Assembly (NCBI GenBank): GCA_048013815.1
Contig: CM106585.1
Location: forward strand, 7,998,001-8,062,000
Source of the DNA: Setoptus koraiensis
Lineage: Eukaryota; Animalia; Arthropoda
Direction: 5' to 3'
DNA: 64,000 nucleotides
In this document: piece after piece, positions 24,515 through 36,194 of the stretch
How positions within the stretch are numbered: the first letter of the stretch is position 1
How the letters are laid out: each line of letters starts with the position of its first letter
Notes under the pieces: generated by a model
Told to the model about the DNA's origin: nothing
What the model saw: the letters and a program-made list of their open reading frames with translations, nothing else
The model's database searches: none
Position numbers and translations under genes: made by a program

Positions 24515-26912
24515 GATATAGCGCTGGCGACTAGGACATTTAGGGTGGCGCGGTGCCTGCTGAACTTTGAAATATTGCAGTGATTGAAAGCGCATGCGAC
24601 CTGCAGTGTCAAGTTGGGGCTCGAAGTGGCAACTTGAACTACAAAACTGACGCAAAACAGACCGGAAATTGTTAAATCAAAATGATGCCAAATGACACCA
24701 ATTCGATTCTGTCAGTGATACCAATTTAGAATTTTCGAAGCATCGCTCGCAAATGCATTGTTTGCACGACGCATCAGGTGGCGGCTGTGAGCCTCAAAGT
24801 GTTTGGGTCAGGTGAATCCGGGGAAAAGGGTTTTTGTTTGGAAAAGTCGTCAGTCACTATTTGTGTTTCTAAATTGTGTGATACCAAATGAGATAAGCAG
24901 CAGAATAGAAGCAGCTGAAGAAGCCGTTGCGCTGGTTTTCGCGGGTACGCGTGAAGCTAGTGGGAATGTGCCCAGCGAACAGGGGCAACCGAATATCCGA
25001 AACAAGCAGCGTCAGGCTACAGTTTTTGTTGTCCCATTGGGGTGCTTGTCGGGTGTGATGTGAAGCAGTGGAATTGGTGCGGATTGTCGACGCGAAAACC
25101 CAACGCGAGAACGTTTGGCCGCGCCAAGAGAAACGATAAATTCTGCTGGAAAAATGGTTTCCTGGAAAGCGACATCGTATGCAATTTTTCATGTTATTCA
25201 TCATGTCTAGCTCGCTGTCAATCGCCTAGTCGGCCCATAATGATCATTTTGTTGCGCAACAACTACAACAAAAAACGTGACGGCCCCTTCTTGACAACAA
25301 GTTATCGTTCATCACAACAATCTGGCGAGTCGATCTTGTTAGCCGCAGTTTGCTGCGCATTGTTAGAGCGTTTGCGATAAAAACGGTTTAACTGGTTGTA
25401 AGTGCCACTATATGTCAGCTGTGCGGTGTATTATTTAAAGTCCCACAGCGAATCAATCAATCTTGCCCGCGCCCCAAACGGGCCCCAACTCGCATGTGCC
25501 CGCTCCATCTAGCGGATATCTGGCATGTCTGGCATACCTGGCATATCTGGCATATCTGGCGCCCACTCACATACACACGTGCTCTACGTGGATATCCACA
25601 AATCGTGCGATCGCTATCTCGAGCCGCAGCCTTAACTAACTTTCCGGTTGGCTGGATCACCTGAGCGGCCCCATTATACCGGTGTGACCGGAGCCTGGCA
25701 CGTCGCCAAGACATGCCCGCGCTGTAGACTGCACAATGTAGAGTGCAGACTGTCGTGAATAGACACGGTAATATTAGTGTTGCGCAATATCGAATACCGA
25801 ATATCCGAACGCGTGCGATTATCGCTCTCGCGGGCACCTAGCGACTCACTCTGCAAACTGGCTGGCTGGCCGGTCGCCTTGTCGTTGGCTGACCTAAATT
25901 GACCTAAATTCAACCAATTTGCCAGCTCGTCTTGACCAGCCTGGCTGCTTGTCGGCTGGTCGGCTGGTCGGCTAGCCGCGAAATAAACTGCTCGCCGGCA
26001 AGTAAACAATAACTCTCGCGGCCAAATGACGCTGTAATATCAAACCGTGTATCTATTTGAGCGTGTTGTTGTCGGCGGTGTCGACCGTTCGGCCAGTTCA
26101 ACCAGTGAAGAACGCGCGTTAATAGATAAAATAGCGCCATGAGGCTACAAAGAATCGTGACCACGCAACGACGCGCTCACACCGGAGATGGCCAGCATTT
26201 GGGATAAATTCCGCCGGGAATTTATCCACGGGCCGGCCAGTTGGCGCGTGTATGCGGTTGGCGCGTGCATGCGGTTGGCCCGAGTATGCAGTTGCCGCGC
26301 TCTAGTGGCGAATCTCTTAAACTATCAAGCTGATGTCGAGTTGATATCAAGTTGATTTCGGGTTGATAGTATCAAATTGAGATGGTATCAGTGTTTGGCA
26401 GCTCACTGGATCAAAACACTTGTCGTCGCGGTGCAAGCAGCATCAGCATCAGCACTCGATTATTATCCATTTAGATTGCACCCAATAGAGAGATAGCTTG
26501 ACCATAAAGTGGGATAATTGCTGGGGCCCCTCAGGAATATTCACACGGCAACAATAAGCAGTATTCACAGTTGCGCTGCAATCGCCTCTGGCTGTATGTA
26601 CGATCTACAGCTAGCGGTATCATCGTGCGCGGCGCGTGCTTCTGACACTGCTGGCCCCAATGGCGACTCTGTCGGAGTTTGGGGGTCAAGCGTCGCTCTA
26701 GGCCGACTGCGCGATACACGCTCCGCGATACACACCCCGTTTAAGGGAACGCTTGTCATGATGAACTCACCAATTATCCCCGCATAAACAGCATAACGCT
26801 GTTTATATTGTGATGACGAGTGATTAGCGCCCCTCGATGCGTCGCGCAACGGCAGCCATTGTAACAAGATTAGCGCCGAGCCGACACAGGCGAGCTTTGA
26901 GTGGCCAGGCGA

Positions 26913-26998
26913 GGGGCCCAAAGCTGCGACCCAAAGTTGGGGCCCAAAGCTGCGACCCAAAGTTGGGGCCAGAACTTCGGGTCGCAACTTTGGGGGCC
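26913..26998. repeat. 26-bp unit: two direct copies plus one inverted copy forming a hairpin
   Basis: GGGGCCCAAAGCTGCGACCCAAAGTT at 26913-26938 and 26939-26964; inverted copy with 4 mismatches at 26973-26998. Confidence 0.85.
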
Positions 26999-27125
26999 GA
27001 GTCAAGAGGCGAGGCGGCAATTTGTTGGCGGGGGCACCAGAGGCAGCCAAAATTCGGATGAGACATGTCAGACGTTCGGTGTGGACGCGCGCTATATGTT
27101 GAGCTTAAGTTTGGGTTTGGTTCGT

Positions 27126-27200
27126 TTGTGACTCGCGAATTGTGACTCGCAAATTGTGACTCGCAAATTGTGACTCGCAAATTGTGACTCGCAAATTGTG
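27126..27200. repeat. 14-bp minisatellite TTGTGACTCGCAAA, 5 copies plus a partial
   Basis: Units start at 27126, 27140, 27154, 27168 and 27182; the first has one substitution. Confidence 0.95.
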
Positions 27201-30200
27201 GGCCGACGCTCGAGAGAAAGGTGTCATATGTGCTTTGTCAGTCGGGCACAAACAATGCCGGCGCAATATGCAAGCAATGGCATTGTTTGTGCGCTGTCAT
27301 ATCTGGATATTTCATGCAATTCGTGCATGGTTCGTATATACCATTAATATGCAGCCCGCGCCGCACGATGATAATATTATTTTGACCGGCCGCAGCTCGT
27401 CAAAATAACGACACTCACAACTTGATAGCTTGGCGGGCAAGCGGGGCCCCAGTGAGAGCGATATGCCCCAACGAGAGCCAGAGGCCCCAATGAGAGAGGC
27501 CCCAATGAGAGAGGCCCCAATGAGAGCGACAGGCCCGGACAAGCAATAATGGCGAATATTGGCACAAGGCCGCTTGTTACACGCCACTGGCGAGTGGCCA
27601 CTGGCGACTCGCAGCAGCGGAAGCCTCAAAAGTACGCTGACAAGCGAGCTGAGAAAGTCGCAGCCGGCCGAGTGTGCGGCCCCAGATTAAGCCACGGAGC
27701 CATATTAATGATGAATAAATGGCCCCACGCTGGCGTGTTCGCCAGCAACATGCAAATGAATGTAATTGATAAACTATGGCCACGGGTTGTGTCGGCTCGA
27801 AGCGGGCCCCACTGGCCCCGCTGGCCCCGCTCACTCCGACGGCCAGCGTTTATCTGGCCAGCGCTGCTGCTGTTGTGTGCAAATATCATCAAACAATTTT
27901 GTTGCTATCGATAACTCAGCAGCGATGCGCACACTGTGCCAAACGAACGGGGCCCCAGTTTTTTGCCAGTGCGCTGTCGTCTTGCGTTGGCCGCTCTCAG
28001 CAAGCTGTAAATTGCTGTATCTAAGCCGTGTCTCTCTACAACGCTCACAGAGCGATCCATACAAAGTGTGCCAAGCTCGCCAGTCGCCACGATAAATAAA
28101 ACCGGCCCAACGGGCCCCATCGGCCGAAATGGTGCCGCTGCGCTGCAAATTGAACCGTGCGCTCATTGTTTTTGGCCGCGATGAGGTGAGTGCTGGCCCC
28201 CGAGCCGGCAGCTCGGGGCCAGTGGGGCCAGTCGTTGTTGTTGTTGTTGTTGCTGTAGCTGGGGTTGTTGCTGGTACGTGCGGTGCAGCGCCAAATACGT
28301 GCAATGCGCCCGGGTGCCAGCCAGACAAGTAATTGGATTCGAAGCTCTATTCTATTCAATATAATGGCGCTCAAAATGGTGCCAATTGCGGCCAATGGCC
28401 CGCTCCGCCAGTCGGCCTGGCTCGGCCCAATTGTTGGCCGGTCGGCCGGTCGGCCCGTCGGGAGCCGGCGGACACGCCAGCCAGGGCCAGCAGACGAGCG
28501 GTATAACCCGTGCGGTGCGGTGCGGTGCGGTGCGGTCCGGTTCAGTATAACTGGCTATACTATACTGGTTTGGTGTGTCTCGCCAAACGTATAGCCAGCG
28601 ACAGCGCCAAGGAGCGGGCGCCCGAATCTTGAGTGCGGCGAGCGGCCCATTTCGCCAGCTCAGCTTGCTATCGGTTGGCGCTACTTGGGGCCGGTGGCCG
28701 TCGGCTGCTTGCCTGGCCGCCTGCATGCCTATTATGGGGCCCGCTACTTGGCAATATAACGCAATCGCTTACGTAAAATCGCTCAGTCCTGAACGAGCCA
28801 TAGCTAAACGCGCGCTAGTGTCTGTGGGCAAAAGAACCAGAGGGCCAACGCAATGAAACGAAATGAGGGCCGCCGCTTGTTTGTGTCCATTTCGCACTGT
28901 GCCCACTGGCCGATGGCCGCACATAGCACCAACAACAGCGGCAACAACAGCGGCAACAACAACAAACGAGCGGCTCGTCGGCTATGTCTCTCGGCCCGAC
29001 ACAAGCGATCGCGGCCGGGATAATCCCGTGCCGGCTAGTATATTTTATCAGATCGTTCTGGGCAGGTGCCACAGGAACAAGAGCACGGGCGAGCCGCATA
29101 GATGATGAATGAATGACAAAGGTACTTGGGCCAGTTTTATCAGGCGACCAGTTTGTTGTTGCTGTTGCGCTGGCCACCAGAAGAAGCGTCTCCCGAGGCT
29201 CGCGAGCTCGCCCAGATGGGGCCCAACAACAACAACGACAACGACAACAACAACAACTGCGGCAGCAGCGACAACAACAGCAGCAACAACAACAACAACA
29301 GCGCCAGCGACAACAACGGCAACAACAACAACAGCGCCAGCGACAACAAATGAGCGACCGACAAACAAGAAGGCCAACAATGAATCAAAATAAGGCCCGC
29401 TTTATCCGACAATGTCCGGCAAACACAATGGACGCCGACCGGTTTGCATTGAGCGCCGACGACCAATGAATGAACCGAGTGAATGGCGGTCGATTGTTGT
29501 TGCTGTTGTTCTTATCCGCGCCAATCGGGGCCCCAATTGATTCTAATTGATCGCAGCAACGTTTTGAGCGCCCTCGTTTGGCCAGCGCCCGGTTGGCGCC
29601 CGTGCACGCCAGAGGCTATAGCGATCTACTTAGCCATGAGCGTGCCATTGGGCCGCCGCCGACGCCGCCGCACCAACAAAGTAAGTAGAAAACGGACACC
29701 CAATTGGCAAGCTGTTAATCCGATTCGTCTGACAAGAAGAGCGCATCTATTCAGAGATTCACGATGCAAAGATTGTAAGCAATGGCCCCCCCCATTCCAA
29801 TGCCGGGCTTTATTTGGAGAAACTTTTTCGCTGGCGCCCTGTGACAAGCTGGCTTATTGTGGGACAGGGGCCCCACACTAACTTGCACAATGGATGCATG
29901 GATCAAACTGGTGGCTCGTTAGTCATTTTGTGCTGCTGCTGCTGCTGTTGTTGTTGTTGGTGTTGCGTCGCGCTTGCTGATTGTTGTTCGACCTTGCCAT
30001 CGCCGGGAATTAGCAACGGGCCAGCTTGGGCCGAGCCCCATTCACTCGTTGTATGATTATCTGCTGCTGAGCGCTGACACAAAGCCCGAGCCAGCTTTGA
30101 TAGACACTGACATTGCAACAACTGATTGACGAACTGGTCAGACCAACTAACTAACTTACACGCTGGCTGTGCTGTCCGGCTGGCTCGTCGCGAATTACAC

Positions 30201-33200
30201 CAAAGTCAGTCGTTGACCGGCCCAATGGCGACACCAACCACGCCGGCATGAATAAGATGAAAAAGAAAAAGTGCATTCACTTGATTCCGTGCCCTATATA
30301 CAATAATAATTGACAAGCCGTCGAGCCAGCAAAGTTGACAAAGTTTCGCCAGACTCAAACACTCGCCACTCGTCAGACTGTACTGACCAGAGCGAGGCTC
30401 CCAGTTTGAGGCCCCGACAGTTTGTCATGTGGCATGTTTGGCCAGTTGGCCCCAATGAGCGCGCCGTCATTTCGGCGGACAGCACACAACAGCGGACAAC
30501 ATTTGTTCTTTGGGCCTCACGAGTGTGTTGTCGGTATTTGTGAGGCGTGTCTTTTGCTCCCATGGCCCCAATGATTGGGGCCCAACGGCTGCAACATCAC
30601 AAGTGCAGTGACATGGTGGGTATTGTGAGGCAAATGTGGTATCCATCGCTCTTCAACAATTCGGCCTGCGATGACCAACCGACGCCATTTGCACACTGGT
30701 GATTGGCCCAATGACTGCAATTATCCGTCATGATGCTTCTGAGGGGCTCCATTGGCCCAGTCGCTGGCACCAATGAAATTCAATAACTCGCTGTCCAACC
30801 GATTATCAGTTACTGATACTCTCATTATGAGAGTCTCATATCATCGATAGCTAGATATTACTACTATCATATTGGAGTTTTATGACATCGTCGATTTAAC
30901 ACTGTTGGCCTGTTTCTTTTTTTTATTGCATCATTTATGCTTGGTGACATTATGTCATAATGATTATGAGCACGCGTTATTGTCAACGTTGTAGATCAAT
31001 CACTGTCAAACAAACACACACTTTTGAGGCTTGATAGAGTGTCTCAATCGAGCTCGCCCCAACGGACGTCCAGCCAACTAATGGTGGTCTAGCCAACAGG
31101 TGCGAGATACTTTTTGCAAATTGTTACACAACATGCGACTTGCCGTTTGCTGCATGAGAGGACCCAATGAGAGTCTAATCAGACAGTGCAATCAGTAAGA
31201 TGAGACTGGCGTGCTGAAAACAAACAAATGTCTCCCATTAAATGGGACCCATTTAATGTGTAAAATGTGCGCGATTTTCGTCCACTTTTTTGCAAAATGC
31301 CAAAACATCGTGGTGAAATTGTCCAATTATTGCAATGATCATATTATTCGACAACAATTAATTGTCACTTGCTTTTTGGCACTTCGCTGCACTTTTGTTG
31401 CTGTTCACTTGTCGGCCCGAAAGTGGCTGAATAGTGACAAAAAATTGCAAAATTTTTTCTCTAGCAGCTAGACTGTCTAGCTGAGACTGTCGCTGAAACG
31501 AACGCTTTAATAGGCTATAATAACGCAATAATTGCAACAATAATTGCTGCGAGCCGCCAACCAATTGATGCTAAAACAATTGAATAGGTCACCGTTGAGT
31601 ATAACAAGACATTAGCTATTAGCTGGTTTGTGGCGCTAGTGCACGGCGATCTATCAGATGAGTCTTATCTGATTATTTGCAGTTCAAAGAATTTTAAGTG
31701 GCCAGCGGCAACTGCTTACAACTGGCACAACTGGCTGGGGTTAACCGTTGGCCTGTTATGGCTGCTCGCTTGATCAGTGGGGCTCCAGTTTGTCATTGTT
31801 GCTCTCAATTTGCTGTTGGGGCTTTTGGGGCCCGTGTCTGGCATTCGCTGGTTGGTTGGTATGGGGCCCCGTGGAATGGCGGCGCCAGTAAGCAGCCAGC
31901 AAACTGCTAAGCGATGTCTGCTGGCGATGCTTGCGAGAATTGTTGCCAATTTGAACCGCCAGCGGTACTAGAGATACAATCCAATTACACACTTTACTGA
32001 GCACACTAGTCTACTTATCGGGCGATTCGCGATGTAGCCGGCCCATTAACATGCTCGTATCGAGTAGCAGCTCGCTTGTATCAGTGTCGCCCCTCCAACA
32101 CACACACACACACACACACACACGCTCTCGAGTGCCCCCATTCTCGAGACTGGCTGTTGTTTACAGCCAGGCACGTTTGTGTTGCGTCGTTGCGGGCCCC
32201 CGAACATTGTAGTAGACAGTGTATAGCGCCACTTTGCTCGCCCCATTCCAGTACCTTTGGCACGAACCTCTGTCAGGCACTGCCTTAAGGTATTCACAAG
32301 CTAAAGGTATTAGCTGGGCGCCTGGCGCGTTCACTGTGACCCTGCTTTGTATGTAAAATACCCAAGCTGAGCGCAGCCAGAGCGGATATGGGGCCCGAGC
32401 GGAGCCAGCCAGAGCTGGCGATGGCGCCCATCCATCTATTGCAGCCAGTGGCAAGTTGAGCACAATGGGATGAGGAAATTTTAAAGTAACAAACATTAAT
32501 GAGATTAAAACACAAGTAGCTTGGCGATTATCTCTCTCTCTCTCTCTCGCTCGCTCTCTTTCGGCGGGCTAAATCCCTCGCTTGCTAAATCTGTCTGTTG
32601 TACAAGAATCGACTAACCGTTATGTTGTTGGTATCATCATGTAGAGGCGCGCGCCATCGTATATGAATGGTTGTGCATTGTGTTAGATCGTTTAACCAAG
32701 TTGCATGGCAATTGTTGGCAACCAATCACCGCCAGGTGCTGCCTTAAATCGATTGTAGCGCAAGTTACAAGTTGTTTGGGTTAGGTTGAAAATCCTTTCT
32801 TGTCTCATCTCTTTTTCGTTCATTTCGGCATGCCAATTGCCAACAACAAGCATGGGCCCCAACCGGCAACCATGGCCAACAACCGACGCCAACCAGCGAC
32901 CACTTACAAAAACTACAAAACAACTGACTTAATGAGCAGCCAGACAAATGAACAGTTCACTCGATTAGCTGTTGGCTGTTACCTAATAGAGTGTCTTATT
33001 GGGCCCTTATGACTCATAAGTTATGACCCATAAGTTATGAGTAAATTGAGAATAATGGATGATAGCTGATAGTGCTGATAGTGAGATAATTTCAGGCTTC
33101 GAAGCACTCATGAGCGTCAGCCATTGAACTCTTGAGATATTGAGCGGAGTGTGCGGAAGTTGCCGTTGACGAATCCGCTGACATGCCCGCTGCATGGATA

Positions 33201-33503
33201 CCTGCCGACTGGATATCTCTAAATATCAAGTCGGAGATATCCAGTGTCACTGGATTCCAGTGGCATCCAGTGGCACTGTGCCAGACAGATTTGGCAAGAC
33301 AGCTAACTTGTGATGCTGAAACAATGGGCGCAAATGGGCATCGTGGGCACACGCAGCGGACGCAGCGGACAAATGTGAAAAGTGTGACAAACACTCACCT
33401 GATACCTTGTGGTTCAGATGTGGCTCCGATCATAAGAGTCTCATGTGATATATGAATATGTCTGGTTCACATACATGCTCAGCTGCTTGTTAGTTGCCTA
33501 CTC

Positions 33504-33550
33504 CAGGTGAATACAGGTGAGTCTGATGCAGGTGAATCCACATTCACCTG
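33504..33550. promoter_or_regulatory. Homotypic cluster of four CAGGTG E-boxes (candidate enhancer)
   Basis: CAGGTG at 33504, 33514 and 33529; CACCTG at 33545; also CAGCTG at 33480-33485. Confidence 0.35.
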
Positions 33551-33669
33551 CGGCAGACGAGTGCGACTAGCCGGCACAACAATTGTTCATGGCATTAAGT
33601 TGCTGGCTCATGTTGATAATACCTGGCCACTAAGGGTGCCTGCATCTAAATTAGCGCCCCATTAATTAC

Positions 33670-33670
<1 letters not shown>

Positions 33671-33766
<96 letters not shown>
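33671..33766. repeat. (AAC)32 microsatellite
   Basis: Perfect 96-bp AAC run. Confidence 0.97.
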
Positions 33767-33767
<1 letters not shown>

Positions 33768-35783
33768 GTGAAGAAGCAAACTAGATTGGTAATTAGCGGT
33801 GCAAATCCAGCTCCACTAATTAATGCTGGCACTACCCACTATCCAATACAAACGGCCCATACTGGCTACCTTGAGCCTAGCTAGCTGTTTTTGTACGTTG
33901 GCTGGCTGGCTGGCTGGCCGGCGGGGGCCCCGTTACCACATAACGGCGCCTAACATGTGTCTGGCGCAACATTTGGGGCCCCATGAGTGGCGCGGCGCGG
34001 CGAAACGAGCGTAGGCAGTGAAATTGAAACAACTGCACACTTATATTGTCAGTGTCGTTGTAGTGAGTTGCACAAGCTGCATTAGCCTGATGATATAAGC
34101 ACTGATAATAGATGTGTGTGACCTCAAGCATGATGTAGATTGTTGTTGTTACAGCTGCTGTACGACAATACAGCTAACTAATACTAGCTAACTAAGCTAA
34201 ATTGAGTTGGTCCGGTAAAAGCATCCGGTCCACGGCCCAGAGGTAAAAAGTGGCCCCCAAACAATGGATTATCCATGCACCCATATATGGTGTATACCAT
34301 TGAGAGATACCAAGAGAGCGCCCATTCGAGGGCGCCATCTGACGTTTCACCTGAGTGAACCAACAAACGGAACAAGTGCAATTACAATATGATTATGACC
34401 ATAATGATGATGATCGCCGTCATAACTACCGTTCGCTATTATCACAGTACACTTAGTGTATGAGAAAAGTATGTCAGCTATTGCATGTTTTGTGCAATAG
34501 CTCTACAATTGTGCTGGCTGCTGTCGTTCGTTTGCTCAGTCATACTCACAAGCCGAACAACTAACTAGACCAGCCAAAGAGCGACTTTAACAAGCTTGCT
34601 GTGTGTATTTATTGATGACGCAATTTAGCTAGCAATCAAGCGACCGAGCTAGGCTAACCGCCGCCGCCGCCGCCGCCGCCGCCGCTGACACACAACAGCT
34701 AATAAATGATCCATAAAAATTGCACAAACACCGACAAGCGTGCGAACAATGGGGGCGCGAATTGTGGCCCAATCAAGAATTGATGCAGCAGCAGCATGTT
34801 GTTTTGGTTAGTTGTTACATAATATATTCATAATATCATCACGCGCTACAGAAGATTTAGCGCGCTACCTATTGGAGTCAGCAGGGCGATTCTCTGATCG
34901 CGTTTATTCTTTCATCACTAAATCATATTATATATGTAGTATATGCATACATGTAAAAGTGAACTAATCGCCAACAACAACAATATTGATGGTGTTGCTG
35001 CTAAGCTAACGGCATAATTGCTGGCGTGTGTGTGTGTGTGTGCTGCTGCAGCCGATAACAATATCACCTGGTGGCGGCTAATAACAATATCAGCCGAGCT
35101 GTTGTCGAGCCACAGTCGCTTGCATACAGACCCACGTACGGCCAGTTAAGTGTAATACAAACTTGTTGTTGCATGATTGGTTTATTTTAGGGGCCCCATT
35201 GCGAATCGGGCCCGCAGCAGTGACGGCGGCGGCGCCAGGATGAGGCGGCCCACCGCTAAAGATGAACAGATCAGCGGAACAAATCAAACAAATAGATAAT
35301 ATCAATAAGTAAACATGCTAATACCCACGACCGGGGCTTGTGGGTATTGGCCTGGGTATACATGGTGCATATTAGCGCATTGTAGTGATCATATTATTGT
35401 GATATATTGTTGTGGCACACACAAACGCATATTATCGCATGAATAATGTGCACGGGGCCCGACTGTGGTGTGGATAATATTAATGCAACACACACATACA
35501 ATTGCAACAACAACAACAACGACAACAACAACGACAACAACAGCGACAACAACAACGGCAACAACAACGACAACAACAATGCTGGCGCTCGGGTGCATTA
35601 GCTGCTTTTGTTGGATTGTGTATCACGCAAACAACAAATTGTTTCCTTACATATGTTGCAATTGACTTTAACGGCCAAACAAATACGGCCTGGCCGGCCA
35701 TATCCACGTACAGGTGCGTATGGTGTTGTTGGTTTTGTTTGGCCAGAGGAAACACAAGTCTCGCCGGTCGCCCCTTGGCCCGT

Positions 35784-36194
35784 TTATCCGCACCTCACTT
35801 GGGTGCTCGTGATGCACATCGACCAGCATCGATCAATAAGCGACCCAATGGGTATTGTTGCCGCATCGGACTGGCCGCATCGGGAATTGATTGGAAATGG
35901 TCGATAATAGTTGGCACGGGCCAGTAGTGGGCACGCACCAGTTAGCCAAGTGTTTAAATGTTGCAAAATGAGATTGGAATCAAGCTCATACGTACGTACA
36001 GCAACAATAGCAGTAATAGTGTCAGCAACGGGAATAAATTCTATAGATAATAGCGATAATAGGTTCGCGGCGACAAAGGATATAAGCAAGAAGAAAAGGT
36101 AATTGCTTAGATTATCTGGCGAGTCTATCTCTCGATTCGTGGACGAGACGTATTGTGGCTCAGCTTCTTGAGATGACTCAAATGATGATGACAC
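35784..36194 (-). CDS. Candidate first exon of an unrecognised membrane or secreted protein
   Basis: ATG ORF of non-repetitive composition with hydrophobic stretch YLFFLLISFVAANLLSLLSIEFIPV; possible donor CAA|GTGAGG at 35799/35798. No family recognised. Confidence 0.25.
   Translation of the reverse strand: MSSSFESSQEAEPQYVSSTNREIDSPDNLSNYLFFLLISFVAANLLSLLSIEFIPVADTITAIVAVRTYELDSNLILQHLNTWLTGACPLLARANYYRPFPINSRCGQSDAATIPIGSLIDRCWSMCITSTQVRCG

Noticed and set aside
14601-27200. Tandem arrays as possible CRISPR repeats
   Set aside because: Head-to-tail units with no unique spacers, in a eukaryotic context with no cas genes.
17340-35760. Numerous 60-180-aa ORFs in the GC-rich desert
   Set aside because: Most are translations of microsatellites or GC-rich sequence, often open in several frames and with non-ATG starts; no recognisable domains.
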